From: Squalus acanthias
Lineage: Eukaryota
Length of the DNA: 64,000 nt
Direction: 5' to 3'
Assembly (NCBI GenBank): GCA_030390025.1
Contig: CM059425.1
Coordinates: 162,442,001-162,506,000, forward strand
Shown: one piece after another, positions 25,508 to 39,053 of the stretch
Position numbering within the stretch: position 1 is the stretch's first letter
How the letters are laid out: each line of letters begins with the position of its first letter
Translations under genes and position numbers: made by a program
The notes under the pieces: model-generated
Told to the model about the DNA's origin: nothing
What the model saw: the letters and a program-made list of their open reading frames with translations, nothing else
Databases searched by the model: none

Positions 25508-26449
25508 GAAGATAATTGACTTCATGAGATCTATACACAGAGACAAAGAAGAAAAACAACAGGATTTCATAACCTGTACAAAATAAACAGACTACACTGC
25601 TGACCTATACAATTTAGAGTTCCACCTGCTTGTTTTAATTCCACATTTAATAACTAAAGACTTAGGATATGGTAATTTTTATTTAAATTCATAAAGTCAT
25701 CAAATAATGAAATTATGTTTCTGGTGCAATCCACCTAAAGTTTCTCAGAGCCTTGCTGACTATTTACATTTGTAGAATTAGGGATATTAATAACGTTTGA
25801 ATGCCCAATTGAGTACTGAATTAGTCCAAGTTCCTGTCTGAAATTCCCCTTAATGAAAAAATAATCCATATTACAATTAGCTGTATCTCTGCTTCAAAAG
25901 ACAGGCAATGTTGTATTTCAAACTGATCAAATACAAGGGGGTACAATATGCCTGATCTTGAATCTTCTATGCCCCCATCCCTGCATGTTGTATATGTATT
26001 AGGCAATAGCACAACAAATGGAACTGCCATTATGAAAGTTATGTCAGGCTGCTGCTTTGTATCCCTTGGTAACTGTCTCAAGGGTGGCATTGGCACAGAC
26101 TTTTAAACAAGTCAACATCATACATTGCCAGGCAAAAAATGGTGTCTGATAACCAAAGCATGAGAAAAGAAAAGAACATTTTAATTAATTATTTATTTGA
26201 GGTCATTTTTGTGAAACAATACAGGCTGTTTCTTACATTCCATATTATTGAGTCGCCCTGGACCCATAACACCCAACTTGGGATGGGTGATAGCTGTTCC
26301 CATGCCTCTGCCAATACCACACTAAAATCATTGATAGGATTATTAACATATCTTTTAATTTCTAGGCTACTTAAAAAAGCCCAACCATAAATAAACATTT
26401 TGGGAAACCTTAGTTAAGGTTTGCAAGAGAAAATCAACTAGTTTCCATT

Positions 26450-26700
26450 CCTGATCATTCTCCAGTGGCTCCTACCAGAAGTGCCCACGCATGGGCATTA
26501 GGTAAGGACTGGATTGGGTTTGGCTTTGATTCCTCCCACACTAGCCTGCCAACACTCTCTGTCCAGCTCACAAATTAATAACGAACATTTGGGTAAGGGA
26601 CTGAGGGCTTGTGACCGAAATGGAATTGTACTCTCGCCTAACTTGCTGCCTACAAGGGAGTATGGGCTATGGGAGAAAATTGAAGGGAAAATTAATGAGG
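26450..26700 (+). mobile_element. Degraded SINE copy (family of 41400-41768)
   Basis: aggactggattgggtttggctttgat..tagcctgccaacactctctgtccagctcaca motifs. Confidence 0.55.
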
Positions 26701-27345
26701 AAGAAAAAGAAATAAAGGAGGAAAGCATAAGTTTATTTTGTTTCTCAAATGAAAAAAGAATAATTAAACATTATGGTTACCCCTACTAATTTCGGAATTA
26801 ATAAAAAACCTAATGACTGAAAGTTCATACAGCACAAGAAAACCAAGAATTGTAATCCTTGTGCATTTACTAAAAAGAACAGTACAGCAGTCTTGCTGTT
26901 TACAAGCCCATGGCTAATCAATATTAGAATCTAATACAGACTTGTTATGACAACGGTTGAGAATAAAACACATCAGCCAATGCAGCGTTTGAGTCTGAAT
27001 AATGCTCCTTGCTCTTTTAGTAATGAGTGTCAGATCCCAACCAGGCTTCACAAACTGTATTTCAAATTATTGTCAATTAAATTGAGAGGAAATTCCAAAT
27101 ACAAATAGACATAATAAATATCCTGATACAGAACTTGTTTGGGAAAAGGGAGTGGATGAACAATGCAATAGTTTTAAACAACGTTAAAATCTATCATGAT
27201 TATGAGCTCTAATCTGCTGTAGAATGGGGGAGGTTGAGCAATATGTTGGTTTTGTAAGAACAAGGTCCAACTTCTAAGAGCCTAGTAGCCAAACAAGTTT
27301 TAGCCTGAGGCTGATTAAGGAAAAATGACAAAATGTGATTCTTAC

Positions 27346-27376
27346 CATAGAGCTTATTCTGGTGTCCTTTCCTGAT
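27346..27376 (-). CDS. Candidate 31-nt micro-exon (xSGKDTRISSM) upstream of the 24857 exon
   Basis: Acceptor ctactttctaattag, donor ATG|GTAAGA; ends in phase 0, matching the 24857 exon. Confidence 0.3.
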
Positions 27377-27861
27377 CTAATTAGAAAGTAGTTGTAGATC
27401 ATCAAAATGAGTATGATCAGTGGGATCATAAAGAGTTCAAAGTTCCAAACTAAAACAAGATAGATCTAGACAAAATAATGAGGTAAAAATCATCAATCAT
27501 AAACAAATCATGTAGAGTAAAATCAAGCAGATTATTTCTTAAACAATCTATTTTTAATCTTTTCATGTACTTTTATGTTGCATTCTGCCCCCTTTAAAGT
27601 CTCAGTGGTTGTTGCTGGTAGAGTTCAGCTAATACTGCTCTATGATTATTTGGTAGGCCATAATGAACTGTATTTTGGGAGAGAGCTGCCAACTCCTGCT
27701 TTTAGGCACTTTCCTTTTACCTGATGTAGGGGGAGACCAGAATGCAAATATCAGCTGAGGCTGGTCACTAAACTTGGGCTGTGATATTAATAAACGGAAG
27801 CGCTGAGCTGCTAAAACTAACTATTGAAGGTAAATGGTCAGGGTTTTCAATTAAAAATTCT

Positions 27862-28581
27862 GGGGGAAAAATTGAGTCGTGCCCACTTTGGGGCGCTACT
27901 TTTAGCGCCCCGAAAAAATTAGCACCCCTGCGGCCAAAATTCATCGGTAGCGCCCCAAGAGGGACGCTGCCCCTCTTGGGGCACTGCAAGGGAATATCGT
28001 GGCGCTACGTACCGCAGCGCTGCATGCTGCGGCACATTCTGCCGCGGTACTGCAGGCCTTCCTCCCCTTCTTAAAGGGGAGGGGCGTAGCGCAGCGTGAC
28101 CCGGGGCCCAGCTGGGCCACCAGGGATCGGAGTGCCGGCAAAAGAGCCCAGCACTCAAGAGAATTGCCAGTCTCATGGAGCGCAGCCAGCATGCCACGGG
28201 GGGGATGTTGAGGGGGCCGGGGACGGCAACGGGGACAGGTGCTGGCAGGCGGCCAGCAACAAAAATGGCCACCCGGCACCCTGCCTTTAATTAACGCCGC
28301 CCCGGCCGCAAGTAGGCCCCCCTGACCCCGTCGGACATAGCGCCTGGCGGTAAGTCAGGGGGTGATACCGAAGATCGCGGCCGGGGCGCTGCGCACGCCG
28401 ATGATGTCATCGCCGGCGGCGCAGCACCACGGGGCGCTAACGGTTACCACCGTCACTAACCTCCTGCTAAATTTCGTGGGAGGCGTTGGTGGCGCCGCTC
28501 CCGGGCGCTAGTTGCTTTGCGCCCCCTTAGCGCTCTCTCAGGGCGCTAACGGGAGGCGCAAAGCAACCAAATTCTTCCCCC
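27862..28581. mobile_element. 720-bp CpG-rich Harbinger-type MITE
   Basis: TIRs gggggaaaaatt / aattcttccccc; 3-bp TSD TCT (27859-27861, 28582-28584). Confidence 0.88.
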
Positions 28582-30819
28582 TCTATCTTTCACCAACATT
28601 TTCTTTTGACTTAGTTTACGGGAAGATGCCCTTTTTCCTTTTAAAAAGGTATTCCTCTCACCTGACACCTTCTGGTCTTACCATGTGACTCACAGGTTGC
28701 AGGAGTGATCAGCTTGATCCTAGACCCCTACCAATCTTGCTCGGGTGAAAGTCTCAGGTAAATACATGAAATAACCTGGGATGACTCCTGCTTTGATTTT
28801 CTCTCCTTCCTTCCCTGAAGTGAAGTGTTGCATCCCAACACTGCACAGCATGAAGGGAATTACATAGGTAAGGTCATCTTCTACCAATCTGGTGCAGGTC
28901 TATGCTCTCAACATTTCTTTATATTCCTTAGCATCCAAAAAGTTAATAATATTTAAATTACATTTAACAAAAGAATTTGCTAAACGCCCTGCACCCCCAC
29001 CCCAAAACTAGGTTAAAGTATAACCCTTAACATTTCTGTTTGAAGTTCGCAAAAAAAAAATACTGTTTCCCCCCACCATCTTGATCTGTGTGTTTCACAC
29101 TTGGAGATCTAGGAAAATGGTTGATTAACTTGGAATAGTAAATTGTAATTCTGACAATTATTGCCAAGTCTGTTGTCATGTTAATGTAAAGTTTTAGAGC
29201 ATGACAACAGCAAAATTAGATGTTACTGCAGTGGTATCTATCCCCCAGTCTTGGTACATATTGCAAAGCTGCTAAAGAGGATAAACCTGGCGTAGTACTC
29301 TCCGCAGAAGACATTATACCCTAGAAATTACTTTTGGTAATATTTGTGAACAAACACTTAACACATTGGTATTACAGTCCTTGCATGATATTTTAATGTA
29401 GATGTTATCCTGTTTATTTTAAATGAAATAATAGGAAAATAAATGTCATATGAATGCTTTAAGGCATATATTTGTTGTAATGCAAACCTCTGCAATGTGA
29501 ATTTCTTGAGTTTTATCTTTAGTTTTACTCAAATTAGGATTTAGAAAATAAATTGAGCTATAGTATCAGACGTGACTCCTGCCATGATATGATTGTGCCT
29601 TCCTTTGTGCACAAACATTGCTACAATACTTTTGTATAGCAGTCTATTTTGTGCTGATTTACACATTAAAAAAAAACTGTCAAACTAATTTTTGTCACCA
29701 TTATACCTAATGCTGGGTTAATCATCTCAGTGCAGCACAAGTCACATCATCAACTCCTTCTGCTTACATTGAGCAACACCACAGTAGATCTATCATATAT
29801 GAAAACTGTGAATCTGTTACACTTCAGATATCACTCTTGAAGTGTCAAAAGATATAAAAAGAAAACGAATGCCAGTAATTTCCTTCTGGGTTTTCTGACC
29901 TTGATAACCTGGCCTCCCTGCAAGGGCAGGAGCCAGGGATCTACAAAGAGCTGCCAACTTACAGAAACATCCTGCAGCAATAACCTTCTAATTGGCCTCA
30001 GGATGTGCTTACTTAGATCAATTCCCACAGGCAGCACCTGAGCAGTGGCCTTAAAGGGGAAGGCCAAGTTGAACGCAGTTCAATATTAACATCCAAACAT
30101 CACGAGCTAGTATGGATATAAAAAGTTACTATCAAACATTTGCATTAAATCACTTAATTTGGGCTCCATAAGTGAAGGTGTTAAAGTTCATTAAATTAGC
30201 TACAAATTATAACTTCATATAAATTGAGTCGAAGTGAACTGGTATTATTTAACATAACATATTTTCTTTTAAACTCTGAATTCAAGTCATTTCTTATAGC
30301 CTGCAATGCAAAACAGTAGGGAGTCTATCAATCCAGTATTTCTGTCATCTGATGCTCTGTAAAACTGTTCTACTGTATACTATCAAAGGGAATGGAAATT
30401 ATGCCCACAAGACAGAGCGCATTTCTCCATTAGTAGGATATTGCTCCAAAACTGAAAATACCACTGCCTTATTTTTGATACATTGCAAAAATGCTGGCCA
30501 TGGTCCCTAGCAAGTTGCTGGTTGCACTTGGATAGGTGCACAGAAGAATACCCATGAAATCCTCAAACCTGCAACATTACAGATGGGCAAAAAGCAAATT
30601 GCTTGTTAGAAATTATTTCCTGGGTGATCATTCCAGAATTTCCATTCAGTTGTCCACATACTGCAGATAAAAAATATAATTTGCTTTAAGGTAAATTTCT
30701 ATTGGGCTTAAATCATGTTAGCAACTCTTCAAAGCTGTGCCTCAATATCCTCTATGGACTCTGATCACCCCAATTTAAAAGGTGGCTTTGTAACTTGAAA
30801 ATAATGGGCATTACACAAG

Positions 30820-31400
30820 ATCCTTATAGATATGGAGGGCCATTTCACGCATCTTAATTCATCCATCCAGAACAACCCTACATTCCCCCCAATGTTGTAT
30901 CCAGTTGTTGCTTAAATGATTCCAGGGTTTTCATCTCTACTGCTCTATCCAAGAGTATATTCCATGTGTTGACCAATCTTTGTGGAAAGAAGAACTTTCT
31001 GGTGTCAGTCCTAAAGTTGCTTTAATATAATTTTCCATTTCTCACACTCCCCTCTTATCTACTCATAGATGAAACTGTCATTTATGTGTTAACCTGGTGG
31101 TCTGTGAGTAACCCCTAGTATTAGCTTGGATTTATAAACAGCAGAGATTTCTATCGAGATTAGCGTACCCCCTCCACTGGATCAACTTCATTTACCTCCC
31201 AGATGTCCCTGACATATACGGCTACACCACCTCCTTTTCTGTTCTTTTGGAAGACTCTATACCCCTGAATAATAAATTAATTTCCATCCTCTGGGTTTAG
31301 CTGTGTTTCTGATATTCCCACCACATTGCAGTTCCCAACTGCCACAATTGCCTCCAGTTCTACCATTTTATTGTTAGTGCTTCTAGTGTTCATATATAAG
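30820..31400 (-). mobile_element. Highly degraded CR1 fragments (3' end and endonuclease region)
   Basis: Minus strand gives RTDTRKFFFPQRLVNTWN-like, LEAIVAVGNCNVVGISET-like and KGGGVAVYV-like segments. Confidence 0.55.
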
Positions 31401-31831
31401 CATCTTAATGCAGATTTCCTTTCCTTCAAGTCTCCTTGTGTCAGCTTTTACCCGAGTTCTGGCACATATATGTATCTATACCCATCTATTGACTAAATTA
31501 AACTACAATCTATTTCATTTGGAATCCATTTATCTTGCTGTCCTACCCCACCCCACCCCACCCCCACCCAACCTATCCAGTTTAAAAGATTTTCAATTGT
31601 TGCCTCAATGTTCCTTGCAAGTCTCCTTGCTCCAATTTGATTAAGATGCCTCTCTCCTGCACCAGTTTATTCCTACAATGTTCCCAGTTATTTATAAAGG
31701 TAGGATTGCTGTTTTGACACCAAGTTGCCAGCTATCTACTAACATCATTGAGCTAATCTGAAACATTGCTCATCATCAGACTGTAACATTTCTGGTTGGA
31801 CAGCTCTTTACCAGAATGTTTCAAATGATTA

Positions 31832-32303
31832 AAAGAAAGAAAGACTTGCATTTATATAGCGCTTTTCACGACCACCAGACGTCCCAAAGTGCTTTACAGC
31901 CAATGAATTACTTTTGAAGTGTAGTCACTGTTGTAATTTAGGAAACGCAGCAGCCAATTTGCACACAGCAAGCTCCCACAAACAGCAATGTGATAATGAC
32001 CAGATAATTGTTTTTTGTTATGTTGATTAAGGGATAAATATTGGCCAGGGCACTAGGGACAACTCCCCTGCTCTTCTTCAAAATAGTGCCATGGGATCTT
32101 TTACATCCACCTGAGAGAGCAGACGGGGCCTCGGTTTAATGTCTCATCTGAAAGACGGCACCTCCGACAGAGCAGCACGCCCTTAGTACTGCCCTGGAGT
32201 GTCAGCCTAGATTTTTGTGCTCAACTGTCTGGAGTGGGACTTAGAACCCACAATCCTTCTAACTCAGAGGCAAGGGTGCTACCAACTGAGCTACAGCTGA
32301 CAC
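31832..32303 (-). mobile_element. Full-length Deu-domain SINE (SacSINE1/AmnSINE1-like): tRNA-like head, Deu core, L2-type tail
   Basis: Minus strand: tagctcagttggtagcac (A box), gggttctaagtccc (B box), ggaggtgccgtctttcagatgagac..aaagatcccatggcactatt (Deu core), gcgctatataaatgcaag(tctt)n tail. Confidence 0.88.
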
Positions 32304-32540
32304 CAAAATAACAACAGAAAACCAAACACCTTCAGCACTAGATCACTGAGCAATGTGAAGAAGATAAAATGTTAAAAAAGTCTACTTTGTAAGTGTATAA
32401 GCTTATTTCACAGTAACTGCATAAATGAAGAAAGAGTTTTGGTGAAATATCAATGACTGTTAGTAGAACTCTTCTAGTAAGTGCCACTGAGTGATGTACC
32501 CTACACAGTTTTCAATATATAAGTCTATATGTATCTATAA

Positions 32541-32631
32541 CTGTCAGCTTGGCTCAGTGGGTAGCACTTTTGTCTCTGAGTCAGAAGGTTGTGGGTGCAA
32601 GCCCCACTCCAGAGATTGATCACATCAATCT
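32541..32631 (+). mobile_element. Isolated tRNA-like head of the same Deu-SINE
   Basis: ggctcagtgggtagcac..tctgagtcagaaggttgtgggtgcaagccccactccaga matches the head of the 31832-32303 copy. Confidence 0.75.
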
Positions 32632-33817
32632 CCCTGATGTGCTTATTTTTATCTTGATCCACTTCAACCCCAAAAAACTGTATTTGAGGTGCTTTAAAAA
32701 GAAGCTTACCATAAGAGCAAATAAAAACTGGCCCCAGAAATAGTTGCAAAAATATATATTAACAAAAATGTCAGAAATATGGCAAATCAATGCAAATAAA
32801 ACACAATATTAAAAAGATTCAGTAAACATTGCAACAAAAAATATACCATGCCTATGGTACTTCAAGATTTCTTTTGTCCACGGAGCGCCCCTTTCTCTCA
32901 TTCCAAATGGGTACACAAAAAAGAGCAAACTTGGATGAAAGTCACAAAATTGAACGAGGGATTCATTAAATTTTTTTGCATCAAATCTGACGCCTTAGTG
33001 AAGCTATGCGTCAAATCTCGGTCTGAAAGAAGCTAAGGCACAAAATGGGTACAAACACTTCAGCTCATAAGCTGCTGCACACCACAGAATTGTAGCCCAG
33101 TTGAAAATGGGCACAGGATCTTCTCTCCCAATTCTACAATCCAGTTGCATCCACTCTACACCTGATCTCTCAGTATGTAGCACTGCAGAATCTACCCTCT
33201 CAAGTTGGACAGGACATCACATCCCAAGATTGTTCGGTGTCATTTATAGTTTTAACATTATGTTAAACCTGATACTTTTTTTTAACCCCGACCATATATT
33301 TTTGGCAGTCAGGCTAGGTTTCAGGGATAAAAATAGTACATCCAACTAAATGCATAATAGCACTGATGTGAATCTGGCAAAGAGAAAACTGCACCTTCTT
33401 TTTTCATTTTTTAATTGACTACTGGATTTTATATAATTTCAGAGTGCAATTTATTACATTAGTCAGATTTACTGCTTGAAGTTTATTGCTCCTTCAACAG
33501 AAGCCTACTGTAATCAGAGTAGAGTGTATCAGGTAGTAACAGTTTCAGTGTGAAGCAAATCTCTTGTGCCATAGGTATAACTCTTACTTGCAGTGACAGT
33601 TTTGTGATGCTTACTGTTTATTATTCATCAGACCAGTATGAGCCATGCATGTACAGTATTTATTAGATTTTCCAGCTTGACTATTCTGGAATCATTACTA
33701 AAATGTTGAGTCAAATAGGACCTGTAGACATCAGCACAGAATAAACAGAAATAAATGCAAATTCATCTGTTTGAGATATGTAAGAATTTATTTCATTATG
33801 CTATTGATAGTGAGTAA

Positions 33818-36347
33818 AAGAAAGAAAGAATTTGCATTTATATAGTGCCTATCATTACCTCAGGACATCCCAAAACGCTTTACAGCCAATGAAGTACTTT
33901 TTCAAGTGTAGTCACTGTTGTAATGCAGGAAACGCAGCAGCCAATTTGCGCACAACAAGGTCCCACAAACAGCAATGAGATAAATGACTGGATTATCTGT
34001 TTTATCTGTTTTATAATGTTGGTTAAGGGATCAATATTGGGCAGGACACCGGGGAGAACTCCTCTGCTCTTCTTCAAAATGAATTGCAACAGTTATACAT
34101 TCCTTTCTGGTGCAAAAGCACAAAAGGAAAAGCGGCCCAACCATGGCTAATAAAAGAAATTAAGGATAGTATTAGATCCAAAGAGGAGTCATATAAAGTT
34201 GCCAGAAAAAGTAGCAAGCCTGAGGATTGGGAGCAGTTTAGAATTCAGCAAAAAAGGACCAAGAGATTGATTAAGAGGGGAAAAATAGAGTATGAGAGTA
34301 AACTTGCAAGGAACATAAAAGCGGATTGTAAAAGCTTCTACGAGTATGTAAAAAGAAAAAGATTAGTGAAGACAAATGTAGATCCCTTACAGTCAGAAAC
34401 GGAGAATTTATAATGGGGAACAAGGAAATGGCAGAGCAATTAAACAAATACTTTGGTTCTGTCTTCATGGAAGAGGACACAAATAACTTCCCAGAAATGC
34501 TAGGGAACCAAGGGTCTAGTGAGAAGGAGAAATTAAAGGAAATTAGTATTAGTAAAAAAATAGTGCTGGAGAAATTAATGGGACTGAAAGCCGATAAATC
34601 CCCAGGGCCTGATGATCTGCATCCCAGAGTACTAAAAGAGGTAGCCATGGAAATAGTGGATGCATTGGTTGTCATCTTCCAAAATTCTATAGATTATGGA
34701 ACAGTTCCTGCAGATTGGAGGGTGGCAAATGTAACCCCACTATTTAAAAAAGGAGGGAGAGAGAAAACAGGGAACTACAGGCTGGTCAGCCTAACATCAG
34801 TAGTAGGGAAAATGCTAGAGTCTATTATAAAGGATGTGATAACAGGACACTTAGAAAATATCAACGGGATTAGATGAAGTCAACATGGATTTATGAAAGG
34901 GAAATCATGTTTGACAAACCTACAGGAGTTTTTTGAGGATGTAACTGGTAGAATAGATAAGGGAGAACCAGTGGATGTGGTGTATTTGGATTTTCAGAAG
35001 GCCTTTGATAAAGTCCCACATAAGAAGTTAGTGTGCAAAATTAAAGCACATGGGATTGGGGGTAATATACTGGCATGAATTGAAAATTGGTTAACAGACA
35101 GGAAACAGAGAGTAGGAATAAATGGGTCTTTTTCAGGGTGGCAGGCAGTGACTAGTGGGGTACTGCAGGGATCAGTGCTTGGGCTCCAGCTATTCACAAT
35201 ATCTATCAATGATTTGGATGAGGGAGCCAAATGTAATATTTCCAAGTTTGCTGACGACATGAAACTAGGTGGGATTCTGAGTTGTGAGGAGGATGCAAAG
35301 AGGCTTCAAGGCGATTTAGACAAGTTGAGTGAGTGGGCAAATACATGGCAGATGCAGTAGAACGTGGATAAATGTGAAGTTATCCACTTCGGTAGGAAAA
35401 ACAGAAAGGCAGAGTATTATTTAAATGGTGATAGATTGGGAAATGTTGATGTACAGAGGGACCTGGGTGTCCTTGTACATCAGTCACTGAAAGCAAACAT
35501 GCAGGTGCAGCAAGCAGTTAGGAAGGCAAATGGTATGTTGACCTTCATTGCAAGAGGATTTGAGTACAGGAGCAAGGATGTCTTACTACAGTTATACAGG
35601 GCCTTGGTGAGACCACACCTGGAGTACTGTGTGCAGTTTTGGTCTCCTTACCTAAGAAAGGATTTACTTGTCATAGAGGGAGTGCAGCGAAGGTTCAGCA
35701 GACTGATTCCTGGGATGGCAGGACTGTCGTATGAGGAGCGATTGGGTCAACTAGGCCTGTATTCACTAGAGTTTAGGAGAATGAGAGGGGATCTCATTGA
35801 AACGTATAAAATTCTGACAGGGCTAGACAGACTGGATGCAGGGAAGATGTTTCCCCTGGCTGGGGGGTCTAGAACGAGGGGCCACAGTCTCAGGATACGG
35901 GGTAGGACATTTAGGACTGAGATGAGGAGCAATTTCTTCACTCAGAGGGTGGTGAACCTGTGGAATTCTCTACCACAGAAGGCTGTGGAGGCCAAGTCAC
36001 TGAATATATTTAAGAAGGAGATAGATAGATTTCTAGACACAAAAGGCTTCAAGGGATATGGGGAGAGAGCGGGAATATGGTATTGAGATAGAGGATCAGC
36101 CATGATCATATTGAATGGCAGAGCAGGCTTGAAGGGCCGAATGGCCTACTCCTGCTCCTATTTTTCTATGTTCTATGTTTCTAAAATAGCAGATTCTTTA
36201 CGTCTACCTAAGAGGGCAGACCAAGGTCTTTCCTGAAAGATGGGACCTCTGACAGTACAGTACTCCCTCAGTACTGCACTGAAGTGTCAGTCTGGATTAT
36301 ATGCTCAAGTCTCTGAAGTGGGACTTGAACCCTCAAACCTTCTGACT
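33818..36347 (-). mobile_element. Deu-SINE split by a CR1 insertion (pieces 33818-34080 and 36183-36347)
   Basis: Both pieces align collinearly with 31832-32270. Confidence 0.82.
34081..36182 (+). mobile_element. 5'-truncated CR1 LINE (ORF2 RT with stops and a frameshift)
   Basis: KSPGPDDLHPRVLKE, YLDFQKAFDKVPH, SGVLQGSVLG, KFADD, RPHLEYCVQFWSP; (ttctatg)n tail; AAAAT TSD at 34076-34080 and 36183-36187. Confidence 0.95.
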
Positions 36348-37365
36348 ATGTACTGGGTACCCTCCCTACCCAATAACTGGCCCTTCAGACATACTTTCTG
36401 GAGTTATGGCAGGAGTATGCTAGAAGGCTCAAACTATCAGTTCTTTAGGTGATTGAGACCAATGATCAAAACTCATTGTTATTATAGCACTATGCTCAAC
36501 ACCGCACTGAACTCATTAAAGGTGCTTATAGGTAATTAAAAGAGAAGCATTAGTCATCTCCTGGATAAAGAGCCAGGTGCTCACTTGGTTATGCTCGCTT
36601 TGTTTTGATAGGAAATCTCCAGTCCATCTGTGGCTGCAATCTATGATCACCTTGTTTATAGTCAGTCTTCGCCATGGCATTTCAGCTCACAGCAAGACAG
36701 GTGTGGATTTGTGCACTGAATACATGGTACGCAGCAGAACAGAAATCACTTTCCAATGTCCTACTGTTAGAACAACCGAACACTTCATTCTTCAATATTA
36801 TGTTTCAGTGTTACATCTGAGACTTATAATCTCCCAGCCTTTACTGCACACTTGATTCATACAATAAGGTTTTAACAGTCTGAAGGGCCTGTTTGATGCT
36901 TCAGACAGTGATTCTGTAACATATAGATCAAAAATAGCCAACATCATACCAACTTACAGGGAGTTCTCACTTGCTGTGTGTGCTTTATTTCCAATAATGG
37001 TGATGTTCCTATTTTAATGGGATACTTCCTCCTTCTTAAACATCTTCCACACCTCCGTAGTCACAATTGGAAATTCAGCAACATAAACCTTTACAAAATT
37101 CCCATTGTGTTCACTGTCCTCAGACATGTGCGCTATTAATGAGGCAATTTCGATTAGTTTCACATTTGGTTTGTCTGTAGTCAAAGCCATTAATAGAAGC
37201 TATATGCAACATAGAGATGTCATCAAAAGCTGTCTCTCAACTTTACTTCATTACAACAGTGACTACACTTCAAAAATGTGTATCTAAGACCATGTGGTGA
37301 TCTTTTTTCTTAGTTGCTCCTTGATTTGGTCCTGAAGGATTAGTCTCACGCTGCTCAAATTAGAA

Positions 37366-39053
37366 ACAGCGGGGAAATACGAGAAAACCAAGGGTGTGAC
37401 GAGAATGAGGAACTTAAAGAAATTATTATTAGTAAAAAAACAGTACTAGCAAAATTAATGGGACTAAAAGTCAATAAATCCCAAGGACCGGATGACCTAC
37501 ATCCTAGGGTTTTGAAAGAGGTGGCCATTAGAATAGTGGACGCATTGGTTGTCATCTTCCAAAATTCTATAGATTCTGGAACGGTTCCTGCAGATTGGAG
37601 GACAGCAAATGTAACCCCGCTATTTAAGAAAGGAGGGAGAGTGAAAACGGGGATCTACAGACCTGTTAGCCTCACATCAGTAGTTGGGAAAATGCTGGAA
37701 TCTATTATAAAGGATGCAATAACTGGGCACTTAGAAACTAATGGTAAGATTGGGCAGAGTCAACATGGATTTATGAAAGGGAAATCCTGATTGACAAACC
37801 TATTGGAGTTCTTTGAGGATGTAACTCGTGGAGTAGACAAAGGGGAACCGGTAGATGTGGTGTATCTGGATTTTCAGAAGGCCTTCGATAAGGTCCCACA
37901 CAAGAGGTTGGTGAACAAAATTAGGGCACATGGAATTGGGGGTAATATACTAGCATGGATTGAGAATTGGTTAACAGACAGAAAACAAAGAGTAGGGATA
38001 AACGGGTCTTTTTCAGGATGGCAGGCTGTGACTAGTGGGGTACCGCAAGGATCGGTGCTTGGGCCCCAGCGATTCACAATCTATATCAATGATTTGGATG
38101 AGGGGACTAAATGTAACATTTCCAAATTTGCTGATGATACAAAGCTAGGTGGCAGTGTCAGTTGCGAAGAGGATGTGAAGAGGCTTCAAGGGGATCTCGA
38201 CAGGCTCAGTGAGTGGGCGAGAACATGGCAGATGGATTATAATGTGGATAAATGTGAAGTTATCCACTTTGGTGCAAAAAACAGAAAGGCAGAGTATTTC
38301 CTAAATGGTGAAAGATTGGGGAATGCAGATGCTCAAAGGGACCTGGGTGTCCTTGTACATGAGTCACTGAAAGTGAATGTGCAGGTGCAGCAAGCCATTA
38401 GGAAGGCAAATGGTATGCTGGCCTTCATTACAAGAGGATTTGAGTACAGGAGTAAAGAAGTCTTACTCCAATTATATAGAGCCTTGGTGAGACCACACCT
38501 GGAGTACTGTGTACAATTTTGGTCTCCTTACCTAAGGAAGGATATACTTGCCATGGAGTGCAACGAAGGTTCACGAGATTGATTCCTGGGATGGTGGGAC
38601 TGTCGTCTGAGAAGAGATTGAGGAAACTAGGCCTATATTCTCTTGAATTCAGAAGAATGAGAGGGGATCTCATTGAAGCATACAAAATTATTACAGGGCT
38701 TGACAGGATGGATGCTGGGAGAATGTTTCCCTTGGCTGGGGAGTCTAGAACCAGGGGCCACAGCCTCAGGATAAAGGGTAGGCCATTCAGGACTGAGATG
38801 AGAAGAAATTTCTTCACACAGAGGGTGGTGAATCTTTGGAATTCTCTACCCCAGAGGGCTGTGGAGGCTCAGTCATTGGGTATATTCAAAACAGAAGTCG
38901 ATAGATTTCTGACTAGTAAGGGCATCAAGGGATATGGCGATAGGACCGGTGAATGGAGTTGAGGCAGAAGATCAGCCATGATCTCATTGAATGGCGGAGT
39001 ATGCACAAAGGGCCGAATGGCCTACTCCTGCTCCCATTTCTTATGTTCTTATG
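37366..39053 (+). mobile_element. 5'-truncated CR1 LINE, related to 34081-36182
   Basis: RT motifs SGVPQGSVLGP, KFADDTKL; stop at 37788-37790; frameshift near 38555; (ttcttatg)n tail. Confidence 0.95.

Noticed and set aside
27862..28581. CpG-island promoter (also 20291-20796)
   Set aside because: The CpG-rich interval coincides exactly with MITE termini
32541..32631. tRNA gene
   Set aside because: Matches the Deu-SINE head; no convincing cloverleaf
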